DNA of 64,000 bases from a virus (taxonomy: Duplodnaviria > Caudoviricetes). Shown piece after piece: positions 9,801-19,587 of the stretch; position 1 is the first letter of the stretch, and the number at the start of each line of letters is the position of its first letter. The stretch is from positions 27,095 through 91,094 of IMG/VR virus record IMGVR_UViG_3300037454_000542. The stretch is one strand, 5' to 3'. A model generated the notes under the pieces. It made no database searches, was not told the DNA's origin, and saw only the letters and a list, made by a program, of their open reading frames with translations. A program made the position numbers and the translations under genes.

Positions 9801-12800
9801 GTCGACAGTAGATTTGCGTATGCGCGCAGACACGGTTTTTAGGGCGGTTCCCACAACGCTGGCGTCCTGAACAGCAGCGTTGGCGGCCGCAATCAAACCC
9901 GCCGATTCTTCAAAGCTCGTATTGGAAGCGTTTAATGCTGCGCCGGCTTTCTTATAAGCCTCCATTAACTCTGACGCCGAAACCGCATACTTCTGTCCAA
10001 CTGAAATCAAAACGTCAGCAACATGTTCCGCGTTATCGGGATCAAAGCCATAGCCTTTAATAATCGAAGTCAAACCCTTGGTTGCTTCGTCCGAAGACAC
10101 CGCTGCAACTTTAGACAAAATATTTGCATACTTCGCCAGTTCGGTAGCATCTTCCATTCCGTAACCAAGCCTCGAGAACGTCTCGACGGATTTCAGCACA
10201 TCCGAAATGGTTGCGCCGAGTTCTTTGGCGAGCTTCGTGGAGTTGGTTAAGAACTTGGTCATCTGAGCGTCGGTTGCGCCGGTGACAATCTTTAGCTGCG
10301 TCATGGCGGTATCAATATCTACAACGTTCGTGTAGACTTGCCGTATCGCCATCGTGATTTTGCCGATTATCATGCCAGACAAAATAGAACGCAGTCTCGA
10401 TCCAAAGTTCTTCTTTAGCCTCTGGAACCAAGTTTGCGAGTCAAGGTCGTTCTTGATTATATAGTTATTCGCTTCTTTCATCGCGCGAACAACTTCCTGG
10501 TAGTTAGATGGGTCTGCGTTCTTCGCGAGATCATTAACACGTTTGAGTAATTGGACAGCCGTAGGATCCTTAGCGGCCTTAGTGTCCATCATCTCTTTAT
10601 AATAGTCGCGAGCTCTTCGCTGAAGTTTGGAGTACAACGCGGCAGCGTTTTCTTCCATGTCCTTGAAGCTATTCATATTCTTCAGCTTAACAGTGTTTAT
10701 CTCGGCTAGTATATCATTAGCTAACGCTTTTGCCTCGCCAGAGGCATTGTCTCTAAATAGGACTAGCCTTGCTTCAATATCAGAGGTGGCGCGCTCTGCT
10801 TCGCTATATAGCTGAGCCATTTCTTGCCGTTCTTCACTGAATTGAAGTTTACCGTCAGACCCCATCCAGACCGCCGTGTTGTCCCGCAGCCCGAGGCGAG
10901 CAACACTTTGAATAACGCTGGCATACTTGCGATAATCGCTCAAATAATCATTCAGTTCGGCCCTTTGCTTCGAGAAGATGTCGGCGTCAAAGGCTTCTTG
11001 CTCTTTGGTTTTAATATTATCTAGAGCAACGCCAACACGCTGCATGACGTTTTGCGTCTCGAGGTCTGCACGATCCATTCCTTCGACGATGCCGTTGAAT
11101 GCTTCCGCAACCTCTGGCCTCATCGACTGGGCGGTTTGGGCTACCGCGCTAATGGTCTGCCTCAAATTCTGCGCGGATGCTTGTGCTCTGTTGAAGTTGT
11201 CCTCTAGCGCGCTTCGCGTCGAGTCGAATTGCAGCCCGCCGTTTGCCAGCAACGAAACACCAGAACCAGTCTTGCCGGCCTCGGCATATGCGCTACGTAT
11301 TATATTTTGCGCAGTTTTATATTCGCTGAGAACGCTATTGAGCTCAGAAATCGCCTGCTTGGCGTCCGCGGCTTCGGACTTGAGCATCTCGCTCAAATGT
11401 TGTTGAGACATTTTGTCCCATCTTTTTACCAGCGAGAGTTCCGTGCGATCTATAACGTTCTGTGTTTCGAGGTCAGCTTTCGCTATGCCAGTTTGTAGGG
11501 TTTGGAAAGCGCCGCTAAGCGCGCCTTGTGTCACTTCGCCTTGTTGGGCGAGTTGCGCCATCTTCTCTTTTACCGACTGTATTTTCGCCGCGGCTTCATC
11601 GTATTGCTGCTTCGCGGCCTCGCGAGCGTCGCTAAACATTAGGTTGCCGTCTAGCCCGTAAGTAATACCGGAGCCCTCTTGCGCGGCTTCTTTATAGAAG
11701 GTGCGCATTGTGCGCTGGGCTTCCTTATACTCCTTGAGCATATTGGTGAAGTCTTTGGGGGTCCACGGGTTATTAGGACCACCGGGGCCGCCACCTCCAA
11801 AGATGCCGCCGCCTCCGCCGCCACCTACTTTTTGCACTGCTCCGAGAGCTTCTGCGACGGAGTTTAATGCGTTAGCAAGCTCCACAAGCCCCTGAGCGTT
11901 TCCTTTTGTGATTTTTATGTTGTTGAGGTTCGAAAAATCTATTCCTGCGAGCTTTGCCAGTTTATTGGCATTGACTTCGGCTATTTGCGGCAGATATGTA
12001 GCTAGGTTCTCGTAAGAGGCTTTGCTTATGTGAAGTGCATTAAACTTTGCTGTGTCAAACGTTATTGACTTAGTGTCTATTTTGCTTAACTGTGTGGCAA
12101 GGTTGATGATATTTTTTACTGACCCTTCACCAAAATGACCTTTGGCAAGCAGGGCGATGCTCTCTATAGATTGCGCGACGTAATACAGCCTTTTGTCATC
12201 AATATTGCCATATTCACTTAATGCGTGGAATAAGTTTATTACCGGCTCGGATGCGGCCTGCGCGTCTGAACCCATGTCATTAAGCGCGTTTTGAATACCG
12301 ACAAGTGCGCCGGTTACCTTTTGTGCTTCGTTATCGGCCGATTCTCCAAGCTTCGTCACGCCTTCCGGCGCGTGATCCATCTGCGCTATAATCGTATCAA
12401 GCTTGTCCGAAAGGGTGGTCAACGAGGCAAGAACGCCTTGAAGCGCTTGATTATCAGCGCCGCCTTGTCCACCTCCGAAAAACTCGGGGTGCTCCGTCTT
12501 TATTTTAGTGATCGCCATGTTTGCTGTCATGGCGCCTTCTCGGACGGCCTTGAACTCATCAGCAAATCTAAGTTCACCCGATTCAAATGCGTTTGCAACA
12601 TTGCTTGACCGCAAAAAGGCGGTCAACTCAGCTGCAGCCGCTCTTGCAGTCAATTTGAACTTCTCGAGCTGATTGTTGAGCCCTTTGATGTATCCATTGT
12701 CCTTTAGGTTGCTATTCTCTTCTTCTAGTCTCCTTACCTCTGCTTCTAACTCCACAATTTTATCGGCGGCCTCTTCACAAGATTCTTTAAGTTTTTGGAA

Positions 12801-12893
12801 TTTAAGCTGTAAGTTTTCTAACTGTGTGTCAGTATTTTTATTATTGAAACTCGCAGATACGTCAATCTTTATGCCTTGAGTGATTTCGTCCAT
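6861..12893 (-). CDS. Tail tape measure protein
   Basis: 2010 aa, helical and Ala-rich; TP901-type core (IDTAMTQLKIVT...FSRLGY...VGTALKTVSARIR); C-terminal HHSGG...GEFV motif. Confidence 0.92.
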   Translation of the reverse strand: MDEITQGIKIDVSASFNNKNTDTQLENLQLKFQKLKESCEEAADKIVELEAEVRRLEEENSNLKDNGYIKGLNNQLEKFKLTARAAAAELTAFLRSSNVANAFESGELRFADEFKAVREGAMTANMAITKIKTEHPEFFGGGQGGADNQALQGVLASLTTLSDKLDTIIAQMDHAPEGVTKLGESADNEAQKVTGALVGIQNALNDMGSDAQAASEPVINLFHALSEYGNIDDKRLYYVAQSIESIALLAKGHFGEGSVKNIINLATQLSKIDTKSITFDTAKFNALHISKASYENLATYLPQIAEVNANKLAKLAGIDFSNLNNIKITKGNAQGLVELANALNSVAEALGAVQKVGGGGGGGIFGGGGPGGPNNPWTPKDFTNMLKEYKEAQRTMRTFYKEAAQEGSGITYGLDGNLMFSDAREAAKQQYDEAAAKIQSVKEKMAQLAQQGEVTQGALSGAFQTLQTGIAKADLETQNVIDRTELSLVKRWDKMSQQHLSEMLKSEAADAKQAISELNSVLSEYKTAQNIIRSAYAEAGKTGSGVSLLANGGLQFDSTRSALEDNFNRAQASAQNLRQTISAVAQTAQSMRPEVAEAFNGIVEGMDRADLETQNVMQRVGVALDNIKTKEQEAFDADIFSKQRAELNDYLSDYRKYASVIQSVARLGLRDNTAVWMGSDGKLQFSEERQEMAQLYSEAERATSDIEARLVLFRDNASGEAKALANDILAEINTVKLKNMNSFKDMEENAAALYSKLQRRARDYYKEMMDTKAAKDPTAVQLLKRVNDLAKNADPSNYQEVVRAMKEANNYIIKNDLDSQTWFQRLKKNFGSRLRSILSGMIIGKITMAIRQVYTNVVDIDTAMTQLKIVTGATDAQMTKFLTNSTKLAKELGATISDVLKSVETFSRLGYGMEDATELAKYANILSKVAAVSSDEATKGLTSIIKGYGFDPDNAEHVADVLISVGQKYAVSASELMEAYKKAGAALNASNTSFEESAGLIAAANAAVQDASVVGTALKTVSARIRKSTVDLKELQDDTDDLIGAWSKYAREIKKLSGFNIMVEGSDTQFKNLYEIFEGIGKVAGELDETSLSRIAEILGGTKQASVIYSILSNWGDAAGAFASAMDSAGTSTEALDKYTNSIQGKVNQLKTTFAELSMNILSSDLVAEAVDLLKAIINIANGIIKVSNNLLGAKGTLAQIVLLIVWIKRAAIAKSILSMVKHIKIMIRSFQSARAAGMNFGQTLKKVFSTSSGGVVGIVIAAIAIITAAISAAVNDIRQNEERLAQKHQELLDRLKEESRESLSLADDYKNNADELATLIEKYKELGGQEDAPMDEIEDIQKRIVELVGDHGKQIDVVNGKLEEQLGILQNITEEEAKKARKEAESALVAAKEAINSTTITYKTPAYLSLTRFAPSDDFVDLYKEFLRYKEDLDYVATYGATEDVAKDYVWGSSLLSEYINDDGMVPGDVIQKTASWRKQYNNVTEFLNTYKDLYTNYMDAKNKLDELDSWTPTPKEPEGTKEFVLESYEVKDILGEIEDAYDAIASSMDDMNEHGAITVKTFNDMIKQGLDQYLIQTADGFELDEEAMQDYIGGLVETYGQVSKLQDMSLETKQIAIENLKNLRVALSMLALSTDQAKKAAEAQKKAYEDEKDLLKDQLNAYKELIDLRKDLLKQYKEELDYKKELAKKESNVASLQTKLAVSQLDTSAAGRAKTRQLEKELKEAQEELDDFTLEHAIDVVTNELDEQYEEYKKLIDGKLDAIEDRISELSGASSLGVVSQNILDLTEKVRVSYEAMEQLVERDQTDLAENSASKAASEASNAAISAINTAIAPVLTIGSNLVDVISSILPDQSIKNFVTSSVSRLKEFLSGKSGSSGDRYYHEEYKSSSGHTYSGGGRRIATHHSGGIVGNTTLKSTEEFAKLLKGEFVSTPAMMNRFMNRTLPNLVTAASNAFNAPLININCDTVTKDALPGLNQIVQQAVTQIKREFDTGMIRSGYRKSAQKIAI

Positions 12894-12905
12894 AGTGCAC
12901 CCCCT

Positions 12906-13631
12906 TTAACCATATATTTCTTTTGATATTTTATCTACGTCTTTTTGTATAAGCACTACCTCTTCTTGCCATATACGATTAACGATTTCTCTAAAAGTCC
13001 GTATCATTTCGTCGTTCTCTCCAAATAAGCTGTCTCTAAACATCTTGTATGGAGCATCTGATTGCTTGGCCGGCTTGCTCTTAGGGAACCATCTGCCAAA
13101 ACCGTGCCATTCTGCTTTCCCTGATTTCGAACGCCTGATTTTTCCTGGCCTTCTATAGTATGGCGTGCCCGGATTTGGGTGAACTCCCCATATTTCGGCC
13201 TTGTCGGGGTCTATATATTTCGAACCGCCATGCCATCCTTCCATGAAAACGGTATCGAAAAGGCTGTCGCCGCCGTGTCTGTCTTTATGTATCTGTGTCG
13301 GGTCTATTAAATCCATAACGCACCCGAACTGCGCCGTGCCGTTTTCGTCTTGCTGAATACTAAGCAAATTATAGAGGCTGAGGGTTCTTGGATAGCTCTT
13401 TGGCGCATAGGCATTATAGAATCGAGATACTGCGTTATTGAACATTTCCGTTATTTTCGACCTTTGATATTCGCCAATTTCTTTATACATTTGCGGCACA
13501 GTTTTATTAACATGCTTTTGAAACATCGCCAATACTTTTTCTTGCCATTGCTTGTTCTTTTCTCTCAGCTTTTTGATTTTTGCGATAGCATCATCAATCG
13601 TGTCCATTTGCATCACCCCGCATACCGACAT
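12906..13631 (-). CDS. Hypothetical virion morphogenesis protein
   Basis: 241 aa ORF directly upstream of TMP with a YxRT motif typical of tail-completion proteins. Confidence 0.55.
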   Translation of the reverse strand: MSVCGVMQMDTIDDAIAKIKKLREKNKQWQEKVLAMFQKHVNKTVPQMYKEIGEYQRSKITEMFNNAVSRFYNAYAPKSYPRTLSLYNLLSIQQDENGTAQFGCVMDLIDPTQIHKDRHGGDSLFDTVFMEGWHGGSKYIDPDKAEIWGVHPNPGTPYYRRPGKIRRSKSGKAEWHGFGRWFPKSKPAKQSDAPYKMFRDSLFGENDEMIRTFREIVNRIWQEEVVLIQKDVDKISKEIYG

Positions 13632-13998
13632 ACATATAAATGGAATCCATTAAATCGCGGAGTTGTTCTGCGTGTATGTTTTGAACAATTTGCTCATACA
13701 AGTCAGTGCAAAGAATGAGATCATATAAAGCCTGCGCTTCTTTCGGCAAATCGATAAACGCATATGTTCCAATTATATTTGCGCGAATGGCGAATATAAC
13801 CGCTTCGTAAACGATATTGCCATCGGGATCCTCTACGCTCTTTATTATATTTCGAATTAAAGTCAAATACTCCTGCAAAGGAAGCCGCTCTTTAATCGTT
13901 ATTGTCTGCCCGCGCCAAGTAATGTCTTTGGTTTTACGCGCCGGTATCGCCGCGGCTTTCATTAAATCTTCTTCTGATAAAGTGTGTATTGCGCTCAT
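13594..13998 (-). CDS. Hypothetical protein (possible tail assembly chaperone)
   Basis: 134 aa, RBS AAAGGAGG; resembles 14393..15016. Confidence 0.55.
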   Translation of the reverse strand: MSAIHTLSEEDLMKAAAIPARKTKDITWRGQTITIKERLPLQEYLTLIRNIIKSVEDPDGNIVYEAVIFAIRANIIGTYAFIDLPKEAQALYDLILCTDLYEQIVQNIHAEQLRDLMDSIYMYVGMRGDANGHD

Positions 13999-14016
13999 AG
14001 CGGCCTCCTTTCTCCG

Positions 14017-14355
14017 TTATACGATAGTCCAGCCTTGCATTTCTTCCCAGATTTTATCTACAAATGAGTTTCCGCCCATGTGCTTATAAGCGGCATATAC
14101 TTTAGCCATATTTTCATATTCGTACTGATTGATCTGTTTCTCTTGATTGTGCAGATAATAAAACTGCGTCATAATGTTGCGCAGAGAGCAACGCGATGCT
14201 TCGTCGCGATTGTTTTCTCTCTCGTCTTCTTCTTTTTTGCGATTTTGCAGATTCAAAAACCAGGTACGAAACGGTTTAATGCACAGAAGTAAAAGTGTGA
14301 TTATAGTGGTTACACCTTGTGCGACCTTAATAAGTACGTCCCAAAAAACGCCCAT
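14017..14355 (-). CDS. Holin-like membrane protein
   Basis: N-terminal hydrophobic helix and C-terminal YxxYxxxGGNS motif seen in small phage holin-like proteins. Confidence 0.5.
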   Translation of the reverse strand: MGVFWDVLIKVAQGVTTIITLLLLCIKPFRTWFLNLQNRKKEEDERENNRDEASRCSLRNIMTQFYYLHNQEKQINQYEYENMAKVYAAYKHMGGNSFVDKIWEEMQGWTIV

Positions 14356-14392
14356 AGTTGTCCTCCTTCAGACCGCACAAGGCGATCTTGCA

Positions 14393-15016
14393 TTATTTAT
14401 CTTTTTCCATTTCTTCCTGATAAGCGCGGTTTAATTCTTCTTTCAGCCCCGGGAAGCTTTCTCCGATAAAGTTGAGGAGATCACCCGGATTCACGCCATC
14501 GATTTTGTCGCCCAGTGTGCGTGCAAGCTTCTCTACCGCGTCCAGCACGCCCTGAAGCCGGCTCGCCTTCAGAACGACGTCTTTGCGGTATTCGAGAGCT
14601 TTGTCAATTTCTTCCATCAGGTCATACCAGAACGTGCTGTTGTTGACGGCTTGCTCGATCTTTTCCATAATGTCGGTCTGCCTGAACAGAAGCTCAATGC
14701 CTCTCAACACGTCGGCCGCCTCGTCGCCATTCTGAGCATCGTCAAGGACGATGTTTGTAAAGTATGCAATGTAGTTGTAGTATCTTGCGAAGGTCTCAAA
14801 GTAGGGGCGGTATTCAATACGCCCATCTTCGTCCTCCGCGAAACACATATTTACAATGCTGCTAATCATGCGGCTTCTTTCAGATATGCTGAGCCATCTT
14901 TTTACGCCGATCTCGACCGGCCTTTTATCTCCGTTAATAACTGCGGTTGTCCATTGATCGCCGTAGTCAATTTCTTTTTCGATGTCACTCAAAGCGATTT
15001 CTTTGATTTCACTCAT
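14393..15016 (-). CDS. Hypothetical protein (possible tail assembly chaperone)
   Basis: Track ORF 14393..15079; likely start MSEIKE at 15016 after AAAGGAG. Confidence 0.55.
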   Translation of the reverse strand: MSEIKEIALSDIEKEIDYGDQWTTAVINGDKRPVEIGVKRWLSISERSRMISSIVNMCFAEDEDGRIEYRPYFETFARYYNYIAYFTNIVLDDAQNGDEAADVLRGIELLFRQTDIMEKIEQAVNNSTFWYDLMEEIDKALEYRKDVVLKASRLQGVLDAVEKLARTLGDKIDGVNPGDLLNFIGESFPGLKEELNRAYQEEMEKDK

Positions 15017-15587
15017 GTCCTTTTTCTCCTTTAACACTGTATTTTTTGCACACGCATCCATCTGTTTCTTCTTGAACACGTCCTTCTTTTGCTTTTCGCA
15101 AAATACTGCAATTTCGCGAATAACGCGAGCATTGTCGGCATTTATCTTCGAACTCTTTCAGAGTTTCTTCATCTTTGAAAATACCGACGTAGTCGACAGG
15201 GTGTATTGTTAACTCGATACGAGGGTTTTGCGCATCGTAGTATATTGCCTGTACACGCTCACACGCTACGTTATCATCGATCCAAATTACTTTTGAATCT
15301 GTGATAGAGTCTAAAAGTATTTTGAGATGGTTGTTCGGATCTAAATCAAGCCGCGGAAAATAGAAAACAGCATCAATATAAAAATGTTGCCATTCGTTTG
15401 GCGTAAGATCCCACCCTTGCTTAGCCGCCTCATCCTTGACATATTGCGTAAAATATTTCTTATAGGCCTTTGCTTCTTTAGTGCAATAACTCATCGCCCT
15501 CGGCTTCCCGTCTTGAAAAACGCAGCGATACGATAAATAATGATTGACAGACGGAGGTATGCTGCTCGTTAACTTCAAACTACGCAT
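15009..15587 (-). CDS. rusA: RusA-family Holliday junction resolvase with C-terminal Cys cluster
   Basis: PPSVNHY, DPNNHLKILLDSI and IDDNV motifs; likely start MRSLKL at 15587. Confidence 0.8.
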   Translation of the reverse strand: MRSLKLTSSIPPSVNHYLSYRCVFQDGKPRAMSYCTKEAKAYKKYFTQYVKDEAAKQGWDLTPNEWQHFYIDAVFYFPRLDLDPNNHLKILLDSITDSKVIWIDDNVACERVQAIYYDAQNPRIELTIHPVDYVGIFKDEETLKEFEDKCRQCSRYSRNCSILRKAKEGRVQEETDGCVCKKYSVKGEKGHE

Positions 15588-15765
15588 ATACAAAATGAAA
15601 CCCCCGCATGTTTTTTCGGGAAACCGGCAAACCAAAGAGATTCTCGCTTGATCGAGTCCCAACCAAATTTTGTCGTTTCATTTCAATCACCGTCAAAAAA
15701 AGGGGCCGTGCTTAAAGCAACAGCCCCACTTTCGTTATCCTGTTGAACTAAGCTTATTACACTAA

Positions 15766-16308
15766 TTAGGTGTGATCCGCCTTGGTGATGGTCAGGACTT
15801 TGCCGTTAGCATCTTCGAGCAGGTCGAACACGACGTCAACACTCACGGGATCGCCTTCGCCATTGTAGGAAATGTTGAAAGCGCGTTGAGGGCTGGCCTT
15901 GTGGAAGGTCAGGTTCTCGTCGTATGTATTGCCATCGGCATCCTGCCACACGGTCTCCGCAGTGATGATGTAGTATTTGGGCATCGCGTTCGGAGTGTTC
16001 TCAAACGTAACCGTGGTAGTGCCAGAGCCGGCAGTTCCACCCGCCATCATATTGAGCAGTTCCATGGTAAGAATCTGCGTAGACAGAGTGAACGTTCCCT
16101 GGATGGGGTCGTTGAACCCAATCTTATTGCTGTGAGCCTGGCCACCGGTCGCCCAAGTGCGCTCGCCGCTAATATCAATATCGCTGACGTTGGCAAAATC
16201 GATTGTCATGAGCGCAGTGCTCATGGAGGTGTCGGAACCGGCATAGATTTTTACATTAAGTCCATACCTATTCGCAAATTGAGTAGTCGTAGTAAGATTA
16301 CTAGCCAT
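15766..16308 (-). CDS. Major tail tube protein
   Basis: 180 aa, Thr-rich beta protein ending GEGDPVSVDVVFDLL; between neck genes and TMP. Confidence 0.7.
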   Translation of the reverse strand: MASNLTTTTQFANRYGLNVKIYAGSDTSMSTALMTIDFANVSDIDISGERTWATGGQAHSNKIGFNDPIQGTFTLSTQILTMELLNMMAGGTAGSGTTTVTFENTPNAMPKYYIITAETVWQDADGNTYDENLTFHKASPQRAFNISYNGEGDPVSVDVVFDLLEDANGKVLTITKADHT

Positions 16309-16324
16309 TTTGCCTATCTCCTTT

Positions 16325-17107
16325 TCAAATGTTTTTAGAAATCGGCTTTAACCAGTCGTTAAAATTAAACTCGTCTCCGCCGTGATTGCTGAAAATGCGC
16401 TCGCTCAATTGTATAGAACGCATATAACCGAATTGAAAGAAAGTGTCGTAGAGCTGAAAAATAGTTAGATCGCCAATGTTTAACAGGTTGTACGAAGGGT
16501 GTGAGGCGCATATTTTTGAGACAATGTTGCTCAAATGGTATTCCGGCTTGTCCTCGCCAGACTCTTTCTCAGCTTGCTGTTTTAAGAACTGTTGTGCTTT
16601 TTCCCACAGCCGTTTGGACTCCTCGCTGGAGTACTTCGTTACCACTGTGTCTTTGTCGAGGTTGACGTAGTTCAGTTGAAGCATCATCCCTCGCACTTCC
16701 TCAAAATTCGACCGATTGATCTCTCCAGAGACGTGTTGCCCGTCATCATCGGTAAGTGTTGCAACGAATTTCCTGTTTTCCTCGTCCCATACCAAATCTT
16801 CCATCATAAAGAACGACATAACCTCGGCGCAGAGCTCGCGGCTCGGCTTCAACAGCGTAACCATATCGAATACGCTGAGCACTTCTTCTTTCTCGGCTAG
16901 TTTATCTACGCCGCGAAATTGAAACAGCCTGTCATACTTTAACAGCATCTCTTTGTCCCAAGAGAGGAAGGCCCGGTATAAGTTATACCCTGTGTATCCA
17001 ATCCCAGAGAGGGGATAAATCTCTTTGAGGTGTGGCGAGCGCAAATGCCCGACGCCCTCAACGAATACCGGTTCGCCCGATAAGAGGTCAAAATATTCAA
17101 ATATCAC
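16325..17107 (-). CDS. Hypothetical tail-module protein
   Basis: 260 aa; LLSGEP...VGHLRSPHLKEI and LTIFQLYD motifs conserved in SPbeta-like tail modules. Confidence 0.55.
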   Translation of the reverse strand: MIFEYFDLLSGEPVFVEGVGHLRSPHLKEIYPLSGIGYTGYNLYRAFLSWDKEMLLKYDRLFQFRGVDKLAEKEEVLSVFDMVTLLKPSRELCAEVMSFFMMEDLVWDEENRKFVATLTDDDGQHVSGEINRSNFEEVRGMMLQLNYVNLDKDTVVTKYSSEESKRLWEKAQQFLKQQAEKESGEDKPEYHLSNIVSKICASHPSYNLLNIGDLTIFQLYDTFFQFGYMRSIQLSERIFSNHGGDEFNFNDWLKPISKNI

Positions 17108-17120
17108 TTTGATACCCCCG

Positions 17121-17645
17121 TTACGGCGTTGTATTCTTAGAGACCCCGTTATCTCTGAAGTCAGATACTTTATATGTTAACTCACGCGTGGTGAATCCCG
17201 CGGGAGAGGGAACAGTTCTGATTGTCACAAGGGAAAGTCTTCCCAAGCCTACAAAGGGAAATTTGTCTAAGACAAGGTCAATCGCGCGTACGAGGTTGTC
17301 GCGCCGATTTCCCATCGTCCCTTTGCATTTGCGCGGGTCAAGCTTCATATACTCCTTATGACATATAACAGTCACGTACAGACGAAAGTCTTGCATCGTG
17401 GTCGTGTTATTTTTGTTTAGCTCTGCTTCGACGCAGATATAAGCCTTGGATTCTGCGCTCGTGTTGTCAACGTACAAATAATCGTAAAGATATTTGTCAA
17501 ACACAGAATCGGCCTCATCGCTGTCCATGTCGACTTCCCAGTCGTCAAGCAGCAGGGACACTACGTCTTTGTCTGTGCCGATTGCTCGCAGAACTTTTGC
17601 GGGATACTCCACCAGTTCGTCTAAGTATGTCTTAGCCAACTCCAA
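17121..17645 (-). CDS. Putative tail terminator/neck protein
   Basis: 174 aa; NRRDNLVRAID...GLGRL pattern; synteny. Confidence 0.5.
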   Translation of the reverse strand: MELAKTYLDELVEYPAKVLRAIGTDKDVVSLLLDDWEVDMDSDEADSVFDKYLYDYLYVDNTSAESKAYICVEAELNKNNTTTMQDFRLYVTVICHKEYMKLDPRKCKGTMGNRRDNLVRAIDLVLDKFPFVGLGRLSLVTIRTVPSPAGFTTRELTYKVSDFRDNGVSKNTTP

Positions 17646-18807
17646 TCACCCGCACTTTCTTTACATATGAGCCGTACTCTTGGCTCTGCTCGGACAGCGT
17701 CATCGCTATTTCTTCACCGATTAGAGACTCGTCAAACGGAACAGTAAGCGTCAGAACGCTGGTCGCGCCGCTGTCGGTGCAAGAGTACCCGATGCTATCG
17801 CTTTCTTTCGCCACAGCCCAAATTTTGAGTGTGTCAGAGACGGCCTCGCCAGCCTCGTTGACGCAAGTGCCTTTATATTTGCCCGTTGACCCAATTCGTA
17901 TTGTGTCGCGTCCAACAATCAGGCAGCTCCCCGTTGGCTGCGGCGTCGGGGTATCAGAACCCATCGGCGAGTACACATCGCAAATGTCGTACTCAATACT
18001 GTCGTTTGCCTCGTGGTACACATCGCGCTGCACGGTCAATATCATCAAGTGGTCACCATCGCTGTGGTTGCCGGACTTGATGTCGATGCCGATTATCTTG
18101 TAAACCTCAAGAACGGACTTGAGGTTCTGATCGTATATCGTTCCAAGAGCAAGGCGCTTATCTATGTAGAGATACTGAGAAGCGCTCTCAAGCGAAATGT
18201 AAATCTTGTATGTGTTCGTAGGAACATAAGCATACGGATCTGTGGAACGACGCGAGTACGATCCATCGTCAACAACGATGTAGCGCGTATACACAGTAGG
18301 CGAGTGGTTCTGGAAGTGGATAATGTCATTACAAATCCACATTTTGCCGTTGATTATTCCGATTTTATCTACGTATAGCTCAACAACAATCCAGTTTTCG
18401 TCAAAACATTCGACCATATCGCCAATGTGAATATTGGTGTCAGGAGGAGCTTTAATGCTGCATTCCTGCGAAGATGTACGGGAAAGAATCAGGGGAGTGG
18501 TTTCGCCTTCAACGACCGAATCGCTCTGGTACGCGGGGTCTTCCTCCATACCAGATAAGAAGGCTTCGATGGATTGCTCTATGGCGTACTGGCGAGCGTC
18601 AAAGGCAGACTCGCTATCCAAGCTAAGCAGTTTTTCCCATAGTTCCCAGTCTTCCTCCATAGGGGAGTCGTAACCAGGATCTCCAGACGGTTCGGTATTT
18701 TCGCCCCCGGGAGTTTCGGGTTCGGTGTTTCCTCCGCCTGGTATTTCGGGGTCGGTATTATTGCCGTCGTCAACGACGGGCTCGTTGTTATCATCCTCGG
18801 GGACCAT
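17632..18807 (-). CDS. Putative head-closure/adaptor protein with C-terminal Ig-like domain
   Basis: 391 aa; acidic low-complexity N-terminus (NTDPEIPGG, NTEPETPGG); C-terminal IVGRDTIRIG Ig-like segment. Confidence 0.5.
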   Translation of the reverse strand: MVPEDDNNEPVVDDGNNTDPEIPGGGNTEPETPGGENTEPSGDPGYDSPMEEDWELWEKLLSLDSESAFDARQYAIEQSIEAFLSGMEEDPAYQSDSVVEGETTPLILSRTSSQECSIKAPPDTNIHIGDMVECFDENWIVVELYVDKIGIINGKMWICNDIIHFQNHSPTVYTRYIVVDDGSYSRRSTDPYAYVPTNTYKIYISLESASQYLYIDKRLALGTIYDQNLKSVLEVYKIIGIDIKSGNHSDGDHLMILTVQRDVYHEANDSIEYDICDVYSPMGSDTPTPQPTGSCLIVGRDTIRIGSTGKYKGTCVNEAGEAVSDTLKIWAVAKESDSIGYSCTDSGATSVLTLTVPFDESLIGEEIAMTLSEQSQEYGSYVKKVRVIGVG

Positions 18808-18811
18808 ACCG

Positions 18812-19123
18812 TCACACCTCCCCGAAGTCGCGTGTTAACACGGTTTGTATATGCCTGGTGGATCTCAAAACAGTTGAGCGCCATTTGGTAAAGTCGAGCT
18901 TCAGGTTATCCCGAAGGGCAAATACGTTGCTCTGCACCTCGGCTATCTCTCGGATAGTCGCCAGTTCGGGGTAGCACGCAAATGCGCCCTCGAAGCTCGT
19001 GCAGAGATTTTCAATGTAATCATCCAAATGGTTATCCATGCCGGCGTCATACGCTTCTCGCATAGGCAGCAACTTAAATATTTTACTCTGAAGAGACCTC
19101 AAATATGTTTCTGTAATCGTCAT
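18812..19123 (-). CDS. Hypothetical protein
   Basis: 103 aa ORF with RBS AAGGAGGG in the head-tail module. Confidence 0.6.
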   Translation of the reverse strand: MTITETYLRSLQSKIFKLLPMREAYDAGMDNHLDDYIENLCTSFEGAFACYPELATIREIAEVQSNVFALRDNLKLDFTKWRSTVLRSTRHIQTVLTRDFGEV

Positions 19124-19142
19124 ATTCCGGCATCCCTCCTTG

Positions 19143-19586
19143 TCAATTCTTCAGCGTAGACAAAGTGTTGTCGAAGTACGAATATTGACGCATCCTGCTG
19201 TTAAATTCATCTCGCAAAGTCTTGCGGAGAGTCTGTATTTCCTTCAGCAGGTTTGCTGGGCTATAGTAGTAATAGTCCTTGCTGTTCAGCACATTCTTCA
19301 ACAGCTCGCTGTTCATCGTCTTGTACGACAGCCAGTAAAACGCAATGCCGAGTGCAAGTATTTCAATGACTTCGTCGTTCAAGTCTTCGTTGAACTGCTT
19401 GAGTTCCAAATCGTAATCGTTTAGATCAACCTTACAGATTCTTTGAAACTCCGTCTTAGCCGATATTAAATATTTCTCAAGCACGCCCTCACGAATGTCC
19501 TTATCCTGTTCGAGAAACTTGTAGTCTGCAAATCGAAAAATAGCACGCGCATAAATGTCAGTAAAGGGCGTCGCCATACTATTCAC
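19143..19586 (-). CDS. Putative head-tail connector protein
   Basis: 147 aa; ATPFTDIY...FNEDL...YSPANLL pattern common to SPbeta-like neck proteins. Confidence 0.55.
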   Translation of the reverse strand: MNSMATPFTDIYARAIFRFADYKFLEQDKDIREGVLEKYLISAKTEFQRICKVDLNDYDLELKQFNEDLNDEVIEILALGIAFYWLSYKTMNSELLKNVLNSKDYYYYSPANLLKEIQTLRKTLRDEFNSRMRQYSYFDNTLSTLKN

Positions 19587-19587
19587 C

